Source: Podarcis liolepis (Eukaryota). Taken from it: a stretch of 64,000 bases of DNA. The stretch lies in NCBI GenBank assembly GCA_965112155.1, contig OZ218098.1. One strand, written 5' to 3'. Positions 28,010 through 39,494 of this stretch are shown here, piece by piece; position 1 is the stretch's first letter, and each line of letters opens with the position of its first letter. The notes beneath the pieces are model-generated. The model was not told the DNA's origin and searched no databases. It saw only the letters and a program-made list of their open reading frames with translations. A program made the position numbers and the translations under genes.

Positions 28010-28869
28010 GTAAGCGTTTATTGTTTTTCTATTTCAGATTAGACAATAACATGTTCTGCTCTTTTGCTGTTGCAATGGCTATCCAGTTTGGAGGCTTGTT
28101 GGTTATATGAGAGTTTTTTGCGCATGTGGTATTAGACACCATGCAGCAGAGACTTGATGGCTGCCTCGGTTTCCCTCTCATCTCATTTTCTCCTGGCTGC
28201 CACTGAAAAATTAGAACTGCACTGGCCCAGTTCACACATAGCACTAAGCCAAACCATGGCTAAATATGAACATGCAAGTATGTGCATACTTGTAGTAAAC
28301 ATTGTGACTGTTTAACGCCTTCCCCAGTCCTACTGCTGTGCTACCTGGAGCTGTGCCATAGTTTGCTTAGCATTACTGTATGTCTGACCCTGGGCTTGTG
28401 GTTTATCTATCTCAGTGGACCCAATCCAGACCTGTGAGCTGCTGCAGCAAAACCTTCTGCCCTGGCCAGTTTGTGTGGAAGGACTGTGCAAGTGGTGGTG
28501 GTTATGCCACTTCATCAAACCCATTGCTATTGGCGAGGAGTTTAGATTAAATCTGCTCTCCTGAAGTCTCCAAAGCCCTGATGCACTAGTGGTACATTTT
28601 AATTTTCCCATACAGCTCTTTGTATCCTGGTCTGATTCCATTAACAGAAGTGTAAATTCAATGGCCAACTCAAATTTGAGTGAGAAATTTCAAATTCTAA
28701 TCGCAGTGATTTGGGACTTTTTGCTAAAATTTGGATTGTGCTACCTACATTTTATTAATAGGATTCAAATTTACCCCTAATATTTGAGACTATGTATATT
28801 AAAAATATATATAAATTTAAAAGTTTGGGGGGATAAAAATATATATAAATTTAAAAGTTTGGGGGGGAT

Positions 28870-28946
28870 AACCCCCTGCTTGGCAGGGGGTTGGACTCGA
28901 TGGTCCTTGTGGTCTCTTCCAACTCTATGATTCTATGATTCTATGA
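28870..28946 (+). mobile_element. CR1 LINE extreme 3' fragment with (ATTCTATG)n tail
   Basis: ggcagggggttggactcgatgg..tcttccaactctatgattctatgattctatg. Confidence 0.8.
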
Positions 28947-31190
28947 AATGAATATTGCTTAATTTTAAACAATTTTTGGGGCCAAACTAGGTGAAACATT
29001 AGAGATCTGTGACTGGTTCTGCCTTCTTTTCAGCAGATAACAGCCACAAGGAACCCATTCCAGATTAGGACAGCAGCACTGTGGAATGAAGGTTAACTCT
29101 TTTTCCAAATGCTGTTTACCCAATGAAAATACCCTGTCAACCACTGCTTTCTTTGCTCTGAGCCAAGGCAGTTTTTCAGGAACCAAAAATAAGAGTTTTT
29201 ACTGCACAGAACCACTCTCAGCTTGCGCTATAGGTAGGACTCCAGTTTGGCTGGGTCCCTGCTCTACTTAGCATAATGATTAATCTCATTAAGATTAAGC
29301 TCAAATTACAAATATCATCCCTTGGCAGTCTTTCCACCTAGATGCAGCTGTTAAAGTCTTATATGACTCGCCTCATTACACGCCCTTGATTACATTTTCT
29401 CTTTTTAGCTCATTGTTTAGAACATTTTCAAGTGAGTTAAGGAAAAAGAAAGGTGGAGAGAGTATTATTCTTTTTAATTGGGCAGCGTCCCATAGGAGTC
29501 TCTTTTAGAATTATCCCTGTCCCTTTGGTGAAAATATGTGTGATAGTTAAATATATGAACCAGCAGGTGGCATTCTTTCCTACTCAAAGGTTTCTGGAAG
29601 GGATATAACATTTCAGCAGATTTACATGTTTAACAGGGTATTGACACAGATTAGAACGCATTTGCCTGGCTAAGCTTTTCTAGCCCAGCTGCGTTATGCT
29701 GGTTGGAAATATTCTGATAATGCTTAATACAAAAAAAAGTTGATGTTTCATCCCATTTATATTTTGCAAATGAGTGGTAGATTTTTCCTTTCTCTTTTTC
29801 AGTTTCTAGGCTAGAAAATCCCTTTTCCTGAAAAGCAACAGGAAGAAAAAGAAGCTGACTTTTTGTGCATTTTGGAGAGTTAGTCTGACTGTACTTTGTC
29901 ATAGCTGCTCACATAGTCATTCAATCATGCAAAAAGACTGCAAAATGTCCCTTGCTTGATTTGGCACCTCTTCAGGTGTCATTTTCAGAAGGAGGGCAGC
30001 AGAAAATCAGAGATGGGGAACATTATGGTGGAAATTAGGTCCTCTGGGAACATTATCAGATATCTTCTTGTCTAATTCTGGCCTTATACTTAGAACTGAT
30101 TTTTTTTTTAGTGTGAGCTGACAGCAGTCTAAACTAACATTGAAAATCTGGCACAAGATAGATTAAAAGCCAACAATACTGGGCATAACCCAGGCAAAGT
30201 GCACAAAGAGTGGGTTGTGGAGGCCTCATTCCACTAAAATTATCTGAATCCAGCCTGCAGGGCATTGTGGCTTCTCCTGCTTTAACATGGCTGAACCAGA
30301 AGACAGCTTACCTGTGACTTATTTATTTATTTATTTACTTAGTAAATTTATGTACAATTCCTCATCTAAAGATCACATATACTGTGTGCCTCCACACACA
30401 GCATCCAGTGGCCCAGGTAGGGACCATATCAAGGATGCAGATTAATCCTGATCAGGATGCAGTTGAGGAGGCTGGGCCATGATGAGAGTGTGTATTTCAC
30501 AGCAGGGTGAGGGTTACAGTTTGGGGCGGCATTGGGTAGGACAACAGTGTGTTTGGGAACCATGTCTGTGTGTCCTGGGATCACCGTCAGTGTACTGCTG
30601 CTCTCTGTGAGGCCTGATGCCAGTGGTCAGACAGATTGGGCACTGGTCAGGAAGCCAAGGGGCTCAGCAGGATCCGTCTTCAACCCGGCCCACCTGTGCC
30701 TACAGGGCAGCTGGATGCTCATTTTAGCAGGTGGTGGTACCATATTATTATTATTATTAATTGAATTTGTATACCACCCTTCATTGGAACATCGCAGGAC
30801 AGTTCACAATACAAAAATACAAAATGAGAACACAAAATACACAATACATAATAAAAACAAAAACAAACCAGTGATAAGGACTGCATTCACCTGCTTCGTT
30901 CCCAATGAGCCAAAATTCATTCAGGGATTGAATGTGGCTTCACATGCATGTTTCCTTGCCCATCCATATGAGAGCTGCGCTTCCTACACAGGGATAAGGA
31001 ATAGTGTCATCTCATTCTGTGCAACTAGGTTCAAAAGCATCAGGGAAACTGAACTAATTAGGGCCCCTTCACTTGTTGCACACAGTTTCTGTATGGAAGG
31101 TACTTGCAGTTTGTGTAACAAAACAGGGAAGAACTCAGTGGGTGGCCTAAGAGAAAACATGATCTCTCAGAGAATGATAACTTGGGTCTA

Positions 31191-31533
31191 CAGTGGTGCC
31201 TGGCAAGACGAAAAGAATCCGTTCTGTGATTCTCTTCGTCTAGCGGTTTTTTTGTCTTGCAAAGCAAGCCCATTGACGGATTAGCGCTATTAGCGCTTTT
31301 AGCGGCTTTTAGTGGCTTATCTGCTGATCGGATCAGATGATAAGAGGCTTTGCGGCTTAGCGGCTTAGAAAAAGGGGGGGAGGGGGGGGAACCCGCAGGA
31401 ACTCGCAAGGCATTGTCGTCTTGCGAAGCAAGCCCATAGGAAAATCGTCTTGCAAAGCACCTCCAAAACGGAAAACTCTTTCGTCTAGCGAGTTGTCCGT
31501 CTTGCGAGGCATTCGTCTTGCGGGGCACCACTG
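31191..31533 (-). mobile_element. Same MITE family, copy 2, opposite orientation to 33-357
   Basis: TA|CAGTGGTGCC ... GGCACCACTG|TA; the body is the reverse complement of 33-357 with few differences. Confidence 0.9.
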
Positions 31534-33773
31534 TACTTTGCACAGTTGAAAGGATTATTGAACTAAACAAAAGAAGAACTATATTAAGGATGGAGAACCA
31601 GGGGCCCAGGGGCCACATCCAGCACTCACAGCCTTTCTGTTAATCCAGCACCCTCTCCTTCAAGCCCTATACTCTCATCAGCATAGGCCCAAACCCTCAT
31701 ACCAATGCCTGCCAAAGTAAGTCAACAGCCTCCATGCTTGGAAGCACTTGTATATTCAAAGAAGTGTCTGTGCCTTTCCATTCTTCCTCTGGCATTCTTG
31801 CCTGCTCTCAGAAGTGCTTGGATGCTCCAGGGAGTTTTCTGCAGCTCTCGACTTCTTCCAAAAGCACTTGGGTATGTTCAGAGGCACTTGTCCATTACTG
31901 CTGCCTCCCACTTATCCCAAAGCAATAATTATCCCAATCAGAGTTGTTTCATGTCCCTCAGTCACAACCAACATAAGCAAAATCAGACTTCAGATTTCTC
32001 TCTCACACACCGCCCTGTTGTTGTTAGATTGATTGAAAGAAAGCTTTCTGTTGTCATTGTCCCACTGGGGACAGAGAGCCCAGCTTGATATAAAAGACAA
32101 ATAGCATAGGGCTACTTGAAAAAGCGAGAGATAATACACAGAGATGGGGGAGGGCAGAGAGACACAGAGACTGAGATGAAGAGGGTGGAAGGGAAGGAGA
32201 GCAAAACTTCTGTCGCCCTGAACTGTAGGAAGGAGTAGCCTGATAAGATGAATCTGGAGAATCTGGAACAGGGAAAGCTGAATGTTATACAAAAGCATGC
32301 ACCCAAATGTGTATTTGTGTGGAAGGATGGGTGTGAAAGGGATGTGAATAGGGTGTGTATGTGGTTCCACCCCCACCTACTTTTGCTTTATTCCCTCCTG
32401 CTGGCATGTGGCCTCCAGATGTTTACCCATGGGGAATGTGGCCCTTGAGCTGAAAGCTTTCTCCTGCACATGCACTGTATGCTATATGTAACCCTACATG
32501 CAATTGAAATTAATAAGAAACCCACGTATAGATTGTAACTTGTGACTACATGCAAGTCTTTCATTATCCATGCCACATGCTCTGAGAAGCCACGGCCAAC
32601 TAAGTTTTCTCAGTGTGAGGAGAAACTTTTTATCAGAAGTTACGATCGACACACTAGTTTTTGTACATATCCTTAAAGTAATTCTTACAGTAATTGACTG
32701 TTGAAATGGGAATCAGTCATGGGGCAAAACAGAGCATCATTCACTAAAGCATTACGTTGTGTCTTGGAAATGAAGCAGAGCTGACTGTCTTTACTCAGCA
32801 ACTCTCTTAACACATAGGTGGATTCTTGCTGCTTCCTGATTTCTCCAGACTGGAACTATACAATGTCAAAGTTGCACCTTCTTCTGAGAGCAGCTGCTGC
32901 TTGTTCTTGCTACATGCACTGCAGTAGCTCAAATTGTAAGGGTCCAGAGTGGGCCTGGCCTTGTTACCTTTTGTAATCACCCCTTAAGAACATGGTTTTG
33001 CTAAAATAGGAGAGGGGGAGTCAGGAGTTAGGCCTTACTGATTTCATAACAAACTCCCTTGTCCTGCTCTGTCATAACTTGAGCAGTGCCAAACACTTTT
33101 GTTTGGGGAAATTTTAAATTGTGTCACTGCACATCTTTGTGTAGATAGACTACACAGAAACAAAGCACTTCAGTTTAGGAGCAATTTGAAGAAGGCAGGG
33201 AGAACTCTCCTATGTCTACGGATTGTGATGAGAATCAGGAAGATTTAACTGGCTTTCTCTTGTTTGCTGGACAGAAAAGGAACAATACATATTATGCCCC
33301 ATTAATTTTGTTGGAGCTGTATTTCACTCAGATTTAGTAAACCATGCTCAAAGGGTTCCTGCAAGTTAAAAAGCAATCCAAATTTCCATATGTAGAAGGG
33401 GTTTAATGATTCCCCCACCATCCCTGCCAAAATATTAAAATTGATCTAGCCTTTAATGTTAATTATCAAGAAAAAGTCACCTTTTTATGGGAGTAAAGAT
33501 CTGTTTAAAACAAACCATTTATTATTTTATTGGGAAAGCCTTAACTGACATATTTGTATTGAAAGGTCTCCCTCAATGACCACAAGGAATGTTATAAAAT
33601 TTCTCTGTGGATATACTGTTATCCATCAGGTAACCACATAATAATTATCTATTCAAAAAAAAAAAAAAACTGGTCAGCCCAGGTATTGTGCAGCTAAAAT
33701 TGATTATGTGTGGCTGCTTTTCAAACTGACTAAGTCTAGGAACTTTTTCATCATGTTCTATTTATATGTTTAA

Positions 33774-33908
<135 letters not shown>

Positions 33909-34156
33909 TGATTTGTTTCTACTCTTATGATACTTATTTGCATATGCCTTTATTTAACTGATGGTACACTAACTGAGAGGAATGTGAATCCCACACAGGC
34001 TCAGATTGAGTAATCTAACTTAGATTTCATTTACAAGGTGCATTGTGATACTAGATAGCAGGCTTGGAGAATCATTAAGTTTTTCATTGTTATAATAATA
34101 TATGTTGCGTTTCTTCCTTGTCCTCTCCTGGTCCTGCATCTGTTGTGCTACCCAGG

Positions 34157-34332
34157 GCTAAGCCACGGTTTGGCTTAGCATCACATCTGAACCTGAGCAT
34201 GTGGTTTGTTTCCTCTAAACAAAGCATGAGTTGTAAACCAAGAACAAACCATAGTTGTGGTTCATGGTTTGTCTGTAGTAAGACAAACCACAAGCCTGGG
34301 TTTGGATATACTGTTACGCCAAACCATAGCTT
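34157..34332. repeat. Imperfect foldback (palindromic) element built of AAACCA/TGGTTT units; related copy at ~28240-28410
   Basis: GCTAAGCC-7nt-GGCTTAGC hairpin; arms tctgaacctgagcatgtggtttgt and acaaaccacaagcctgggtttgga are near reverse complements. Confidence 0.6.
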
Positions 34333-34604
34333 TGCCCCAGGTAATGTGGCAGCAGCAGAACTGGAGGAGGAGCATAGCAGTCACTATAATCTCTCCAGGA
34401 ACCCACATGCTTGCTCGTCTGCAAGTCACTATCAAAATGGCATGGGTCACATGCAAAGTCACTGGGTGGAGCTCAGAGATGGTTGGGTCACAAAGGAGAA
34501 GACGGGCTGAAGCAATATTGTGATAATAATACCCCCTACTGAACTTAACTTTAATATTCAGTAAAGTGGAGAGTGAGTGTTTGTTATTGAAGTTATATCA
34601 ACAT

Positions 34605-35737
34605 TGTCAGGGAACTGCCATCGGAGGGACAGGAGGTGGAAGGGCTCTCAGAGGTTGGGAGAGACTCAGCAGCTGAAGAGGGAACCAGCAGGGGGAGAGA
34701 AGGAGCTCCGAGGGAAAGTGAGCGGGAGGGATGGCTCAGAGACACTTCCAGCGAAGGCAGTGGGGAGGTTTCAGGACCTCCTATAGGGACACCCACTCCT
34801 CGCCGGAAACTGTCACGCCGTGAGTCCAGAAGATGCGTTTCCGTCAAGGAGCTTTTATGTTGGAAGAGATTCCGTAAGCAGCCACTGTCGGAATCTGCCA
34901 GCGACTGACGGAGCCATGCTTAAGGGGCTCTGTTACAGACAGAGGTTTGCGGACTTAACCAAACTCTGAGGGACTAGGATTTTACGCACAAGCAGCTCAT
35001 CATCCCATCACAGCATTCCGACAGTCCTTGAAAGCAGCTTGTGCAGGGAAAGGCATCATGAGCAACCCAGCCGGAACCGGAGAAGCAGGAGCTGGAGCGG
35101 GTCCAAGCCTGGAAGAAAGGTACAGGTTGTTGGAGGTCCAGCTAGCGCTGCAGACGGCGAGGCTTGAGGAGAGGAGGGCTCAGGATGCAGAAAAGGGAAA
35201 AGCCACCCCGCTCGCCAGAAAGGTGCCAGGATTGGTGCAGAAGTTTGGGGGGGAGCCCAGGAACTATCATGCCTTTAGGACAGAGATGCAATATGCCCTC
35301 AATCTGCAGTTTGATGACTTTCCGGACGATGACTTTTCGCCACCTCGAAGGGGGGGCGAAGGACTGGGTTAGGCCCCTGATGGCAGTGAATAATGACATC
35401 CTAAAGGACACGAGGAAGTTTTTTCGTGCCATGGACCTGATGTTTTCCAGCGATATTGAGCAGGGAGTAGTGTGCAGACAGTTAATGGCTTGCAAACAGG
35501 GGAGCCGATCTGTCCGTGAGTACTGGACTGAGTTTACCATGTTGATCCATAAATTGGGGTGGGATCTAGCAGCGGAACCCATACAAATGCTTTTTGAAGA
35601 AGGGCTTTCTTCGGCTGTGAAAGACGAACTTTCCCGGGCGCCCAGGGCGGAGTCTATGGACCAGCTGACCAAATCAGCGCTGACCAAACTCTGAGGGACT
35701 AGGATTTTACGCACAAGCAGCTCATCATCCCATCACA
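34605..35737 (+). mobile_element. Ty3/gypsy (Tf1/sushi-like) LTR retrotransposon, internally deleted
   Basis: 5-bp TSD AACAT (34600-34604 and 35738-35742); TG...CA termini; 5' LTR 34605-35012; the last 55 bp of the LTR are repeated identically at 35683-35737; gag fragment in between. Confidence 0.92.
35058..35682 (+). pseudogene. Frameshifted, 3'-truncated gag (capsid) of sushi/PEG10-RTL type
   Basis: KFGGEPRNYHAFRTEMQ...DFPDD / HLEGGAKDW...KQGSRSVREYWTEF...LGW...FEEGLSSAVKDEL parallels Retrotrans_gag motifs (KFxG, GxAxxW, QGxxSVxxYxxxF, EGLSxxIxxEL); frameshift near 35332-35341. Confidence 0.88.
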
Positions 35738-35871
35738 AACATTCTCTACATCTGACAAGATACACACTCATCCAGGTGCCTAATACTTTGATTTGAATGT
35801 TCTTATTGACTGCAAAATAAGGAAGCAGCAATCTTTTATGGGGTTCAGTTTTGTTTTCTGTTTCTCTTCAG

Positions 35872-35983
35872 GAGCTTTTAACATGCTGTGAAGAAGGGAA
35901 GGGAGAACTCAAGGATGGTTTGGAAGTGATGCTCAGTGTTCCCAAGAAAGCCAATGATGCCATGCATGTTAGCATGTTGGAAG
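35872..35983 (+). CDS. KALRN: KALRN exon, DH1 end ([16 protein letters not shown]...HVSMLE)
   Basis: ctcttcag|GAG ... GAAG|gtaagc; 112 nt. Confidence 0.95.
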
Positions 35984-36019
35984 GTAAGCATATTTTGACA
36001 GCAGGGAGAGGAATGTTAC

Positions 36020-36064
36020 TACATACATACATACATACATACATACATACATACACACATACAT
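36020..36064. repeat. (TACA)n microsatellite
   Basis: Direct reading. Confidence 0.95.
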
Positions 36065-36705
36065 GAATGAATACGCCAGTAAGTGCAGAAGTGAGCGTTC
36101 TTTTGGATGGATAAATAGATAACTGCATTTACAGATACTTGGCTTTACTAACTAACTTTGCAGATTCCTGCTCCCAAAGAAAGAATGAAAGAAAGAAAGA
36201 ACTTGAGACTGTCTATAACTTGTGCCACACATTCTTAAAAGTTTTTGTTTTCAACACACAACATACCTCCTTGAAGTTGCCACACTTTGTCCAAGTTAAA
36301 CTAGTACCCCATTCCTTTCTCGACACATCTTCACCAATCCCTTTTCCTCTTGTTGCATAATATATATATTTGTTCTGTACAGTAGTTTTGTACAACTTTA
36401 GCAAGTGTGTATTTGCATCAGAGTTCCAAAGGGCCATTGCTTCCTCACCCCATTTATGGAAGGAAAAGGGGGTCTCGGTGGTGGAACACAAGATTGATAT
36501 GGCAAGGAGGTCAGACACAATCTCAGACTTGCACAGAATTTCATGGCATTTATAGATATGGCACATATGTCCTCTTCCCTTACTTTTGGTAATTCTTTAG
36601 AGAACAAGTTTCATTTCTCAGTCTCTGTCTTATCAGTTTGTCTAAAACCAACTTCATTTCATGATCTTTATGTTTTTCATTTGATCTGATTTGTTTTATA
36701 TGTAG

Positions 36706-36896
36706 GATTTGATGAAAATCTGGATGTTCAGGGAGAACTGATCCTTCAAGATTCCTTTCAAGTGTGGGACCCCAAATCTCTCATCCGGAAGGGTCGTGAG
36801 AGACATTTGTTTCTCTTTGAAATTTCTCTTGTTTTCAGCAAAGAGATCAAAGATTCTGCAGGGCACACTAAATATGTTTACAAGAACAAATTACTG
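36706..36896 (+). CDS. KALRN: KALRN exon, PH1 (GFDENLDVQGELILQD...VYKNKLL)
   Basis: atgtag|GA ... CTG|gtatgt; 191 nt. Confidence 0.95.
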
Positions 36897-37204
36897 GTAT
36901 GTTTGCTGAGACTAGGATGAATGTTTGTATGGTCTTATTTTTTAAGTATGAAGGGCAGGGAATTAAGGTGTGCATGTCTTTGTACCAAATTTGGAAGATG
37001 CTAGCAGTTTGGTGCCACATCCCATGAGGATTAGCTTTATTCTACTTTACTTGGGAAGCAATGTGCAGAGGATACCTGAAAAGGCTTAACACTATTCAAT
37101 AAAGTTACATTCGTTGCAGTATGATACTAGATGTGAGTTTCTTCCTAGCCTCAGTTCCAAATCTGTAGAAAATGTGTTTCCCAACCATCTCTCTTTCTTA
37201 ACAG

Positions 37205-37306
37205 ACCTCAGAGCTGGGAGTGACAGAGCATGTGGAAGGAGATCCCTGCAAATTTGCCTTGTGGTCTGGACGGACTCCCTCCTCAGATAACAAAACAGTG
37301 CTGAAA
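37205..37306 (+). CDS. KALRN: KALRN exon, PH1 (TSELGVTEHVEGDPCKFALW...KTVLK)
   Basis: ttaacag|ACC ... AAA|gtgagt; 102 nt. Confidence 0.95.
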
Positions 37307-37787
37307 GTGAGTCTCCAAGTTTATTTTCTGTGTCTTCATCGCATTGTTCTACCTCAGCAGCCATATGTTGTTAGATAAATCTAGCTCTGTGGTACAGCTG
37401 GCAGTTTGATATTGAGTTTGATGTAGAATAGAGTCCAGTTCTTCAGACTGTGGTTCCTTAGCAGTTCTCTACTTCCACAGCTGGGAGTCTGCATACCTAT
37501 ACAGTCCACCTAATGATGTTGCATTCATAATGATGTAGCAGCTGAACTGGCCTTGAGGTAGGAGTTAGGATGCTGTGCCCATATGATTTAGCCACCTTGG
37601 GTCCTGTGCTGTGATGGGGATGCAGATCCTGCCAAACACAATGGCTCCTGTTCACCCACTCTCCCCGTTTTAGGGCTTTCTACCAGCAAGTGATTGGGTT
37701 ACACCCCCCCCCCCCCGCCAAGCTACTTATCACCAATTGGCCTAAAAGTTTTCCTCATGTCTCCCCAAGAACAACTTAAAGTAGCAT

Positions 37788-38130
37788 AAAGTTAAAGGAC
37801 CCCTGACCATTAGGTCCAGTCGTGGGTAACTCTGGGGTTGCGGCGTTCATCTCACTTTATTGGCCAAGGGAGCCAGCGTACAACTTCCGGGTCATGTGGC
37901 CAGCATGACTAAGCTGCTTCTGGCGAACCAGAGCAGCGCATGGAAACGCCGTTTACCTTCCCGCCAGAGCGGTACCTATTTATCTACTTGCACTTCATGC
38001 TTTCGAACTGCTAGGTTGTCAAGAGCTGGGACAGAGCAACGGACGCTCACCCCATTGAGGGGATTCGAACTGCCGACCTTCTGATCGGCAAGCCCTAGGC
38101 TCTGTGGTTTAACCCACAGTGCCACCCACA
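37788..38130 (-). mobile_element. Sauria SINE, near full length
   Basis: Minus strand GGGTGGCACTGTGGGTTAAACCACAGAGCCTAGGGCTTGCCGATCAGAAGGTCGGCAGTTCGAATCC (A/B boxes), GCAAGTAGATAAATAGGTACCGC core, ...GGGTCCTTTAACTTT tail. Confidence 0.9.
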
Positions 38131-39351
38131 TAGAACTTGGCTTAAGACATGCATGGTGAATAATCAGAGATAACAAGGTTTTAATGAAGCGTAGATAAAA
38201 GTGTACTAAAGTGATACAATAATTTCTTAAGAAAAGGGTTTTACGTGGAAAGGTTATAGAAAAACAAACTCAACCCACAAATGGAGCAAAAAACAACAAC
38301 AAATTAATCATGAAGGCTTACACACAAATTCCGCACACTCTCTAGTCACATTCCTTAAGGCTACAGACTTAGGACCATCTTGCAATATTGATCTGCCTCT
38401 CTAAGGATTTCCTGGGTACTTGTAACCTGAAAGTTCATTTGATTTACAAATCAAACAACACACCTTTCAAAGGCTTGAAAGAGAATGATGGCACCCTTGA
38501 TAGACAACATACTTTCCTAACTAAAACAAGGCACCTAGCAAGTTAATTTTTTTTTTTAAAGTAAGGTCTAGAAGGTTGATAGGAAATTAAATCATGCCCA
38601 AGCATTGCTAGGAAAAATCCATGTGGTCCAATTGAATGCAGATCAGGTACAAATTATCAGATTCATGAGACTGAAGTAGTCTGCAGGTTTGTTTTTTTAA
38701 AAAAATAGTTTTTATTAAAGATTTTCTTATGCTAAAAAACAAACACATAAACAAGGAAGAGGACATATAGCGTCTCCATTTTCAATTCATAGAGTCTTTT
38801 TCATAGTTGGTTTATGTTCAGTATGAGACACTATTGTTATAGACATCATGCAGTTGTGGGGGGAGAGAGGGGGGAAGGGGGAAATAGTCTGTGGTGTTGA
38901 CGTGGTGTGACGTAAGGAATGTATTTGCTATTCATTGCTTATAGCAGAAGAGAATCAAGTTCACTGAAAGTTCCTTTATAGTATTCCCCCCTCCCTTAAC
39001 TACTGCCCAGTCTCTCTGGATTGTTTTGACTCTAACGATTTTTTCACCACCTGAACAAGCTGGTCATTTTTGCTGATTGATTTTGTTTTAACAAGGACCT
39101 TGTAGCATACAGAAATCCTAGTTATGGAACAACATCCTATTTCCCCCTCTGTCAGGCGGATTGTATTTCATGTACTACACACATTTATCTGGTTTTTGCT
39201 AAAGCAGCTGGTCAGGTGCTTTTGACACTTGAACTACTTATGATTTACCCAGGCAGATTGTTCTCTAATGAAGAACAAAGGAATGGAAGAAACTGAAACA
39301 AAGCACTAGAACATGAAGCCATACTTCTGCTTTCTCTGTTGAATTCTTTAG

Positions 39352-39494
39352 GCATCCAATATTGAAACAAAACAAGAGTGGATAAAAAATATTCGGGAAG
39401 TGATTCAGGAAAGGATGATACACTTAAAGGGAGCCTTGAAAGAGCCAATACAGCTCCCCAAAACCCCAGCAAAGCAAAGAAACAACAGTAAGAG
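39352..39494 (+). CDS. KALRN: KALRN exon, PH1 end (ASNIETKQEWIKNIREVIQ...LPKTPAKQRNNSK)
   Basis: ttctttag|GCA ... AG|gtaatc; 143 nt; keeps the TPAK proline-directed (Cdk5-type) site. Confidence 0.95.

Noticed and set aside
30532-31618. 250-aa (+) and 186-aa (-) ORFs
   Set aside because: They run across unrelated repeat fragments and a MITE, have no domain-like content and use non-ATG starts; chance ORFs.
35142-35714. 190-aa minus-strand ORF
   Set aside because: Antisense shadow of the gag fragment.
38050-38130. tRNA gene (A/B boxes)
   Set aside because: It is the tRNA-derived head of a Sauria SINE.
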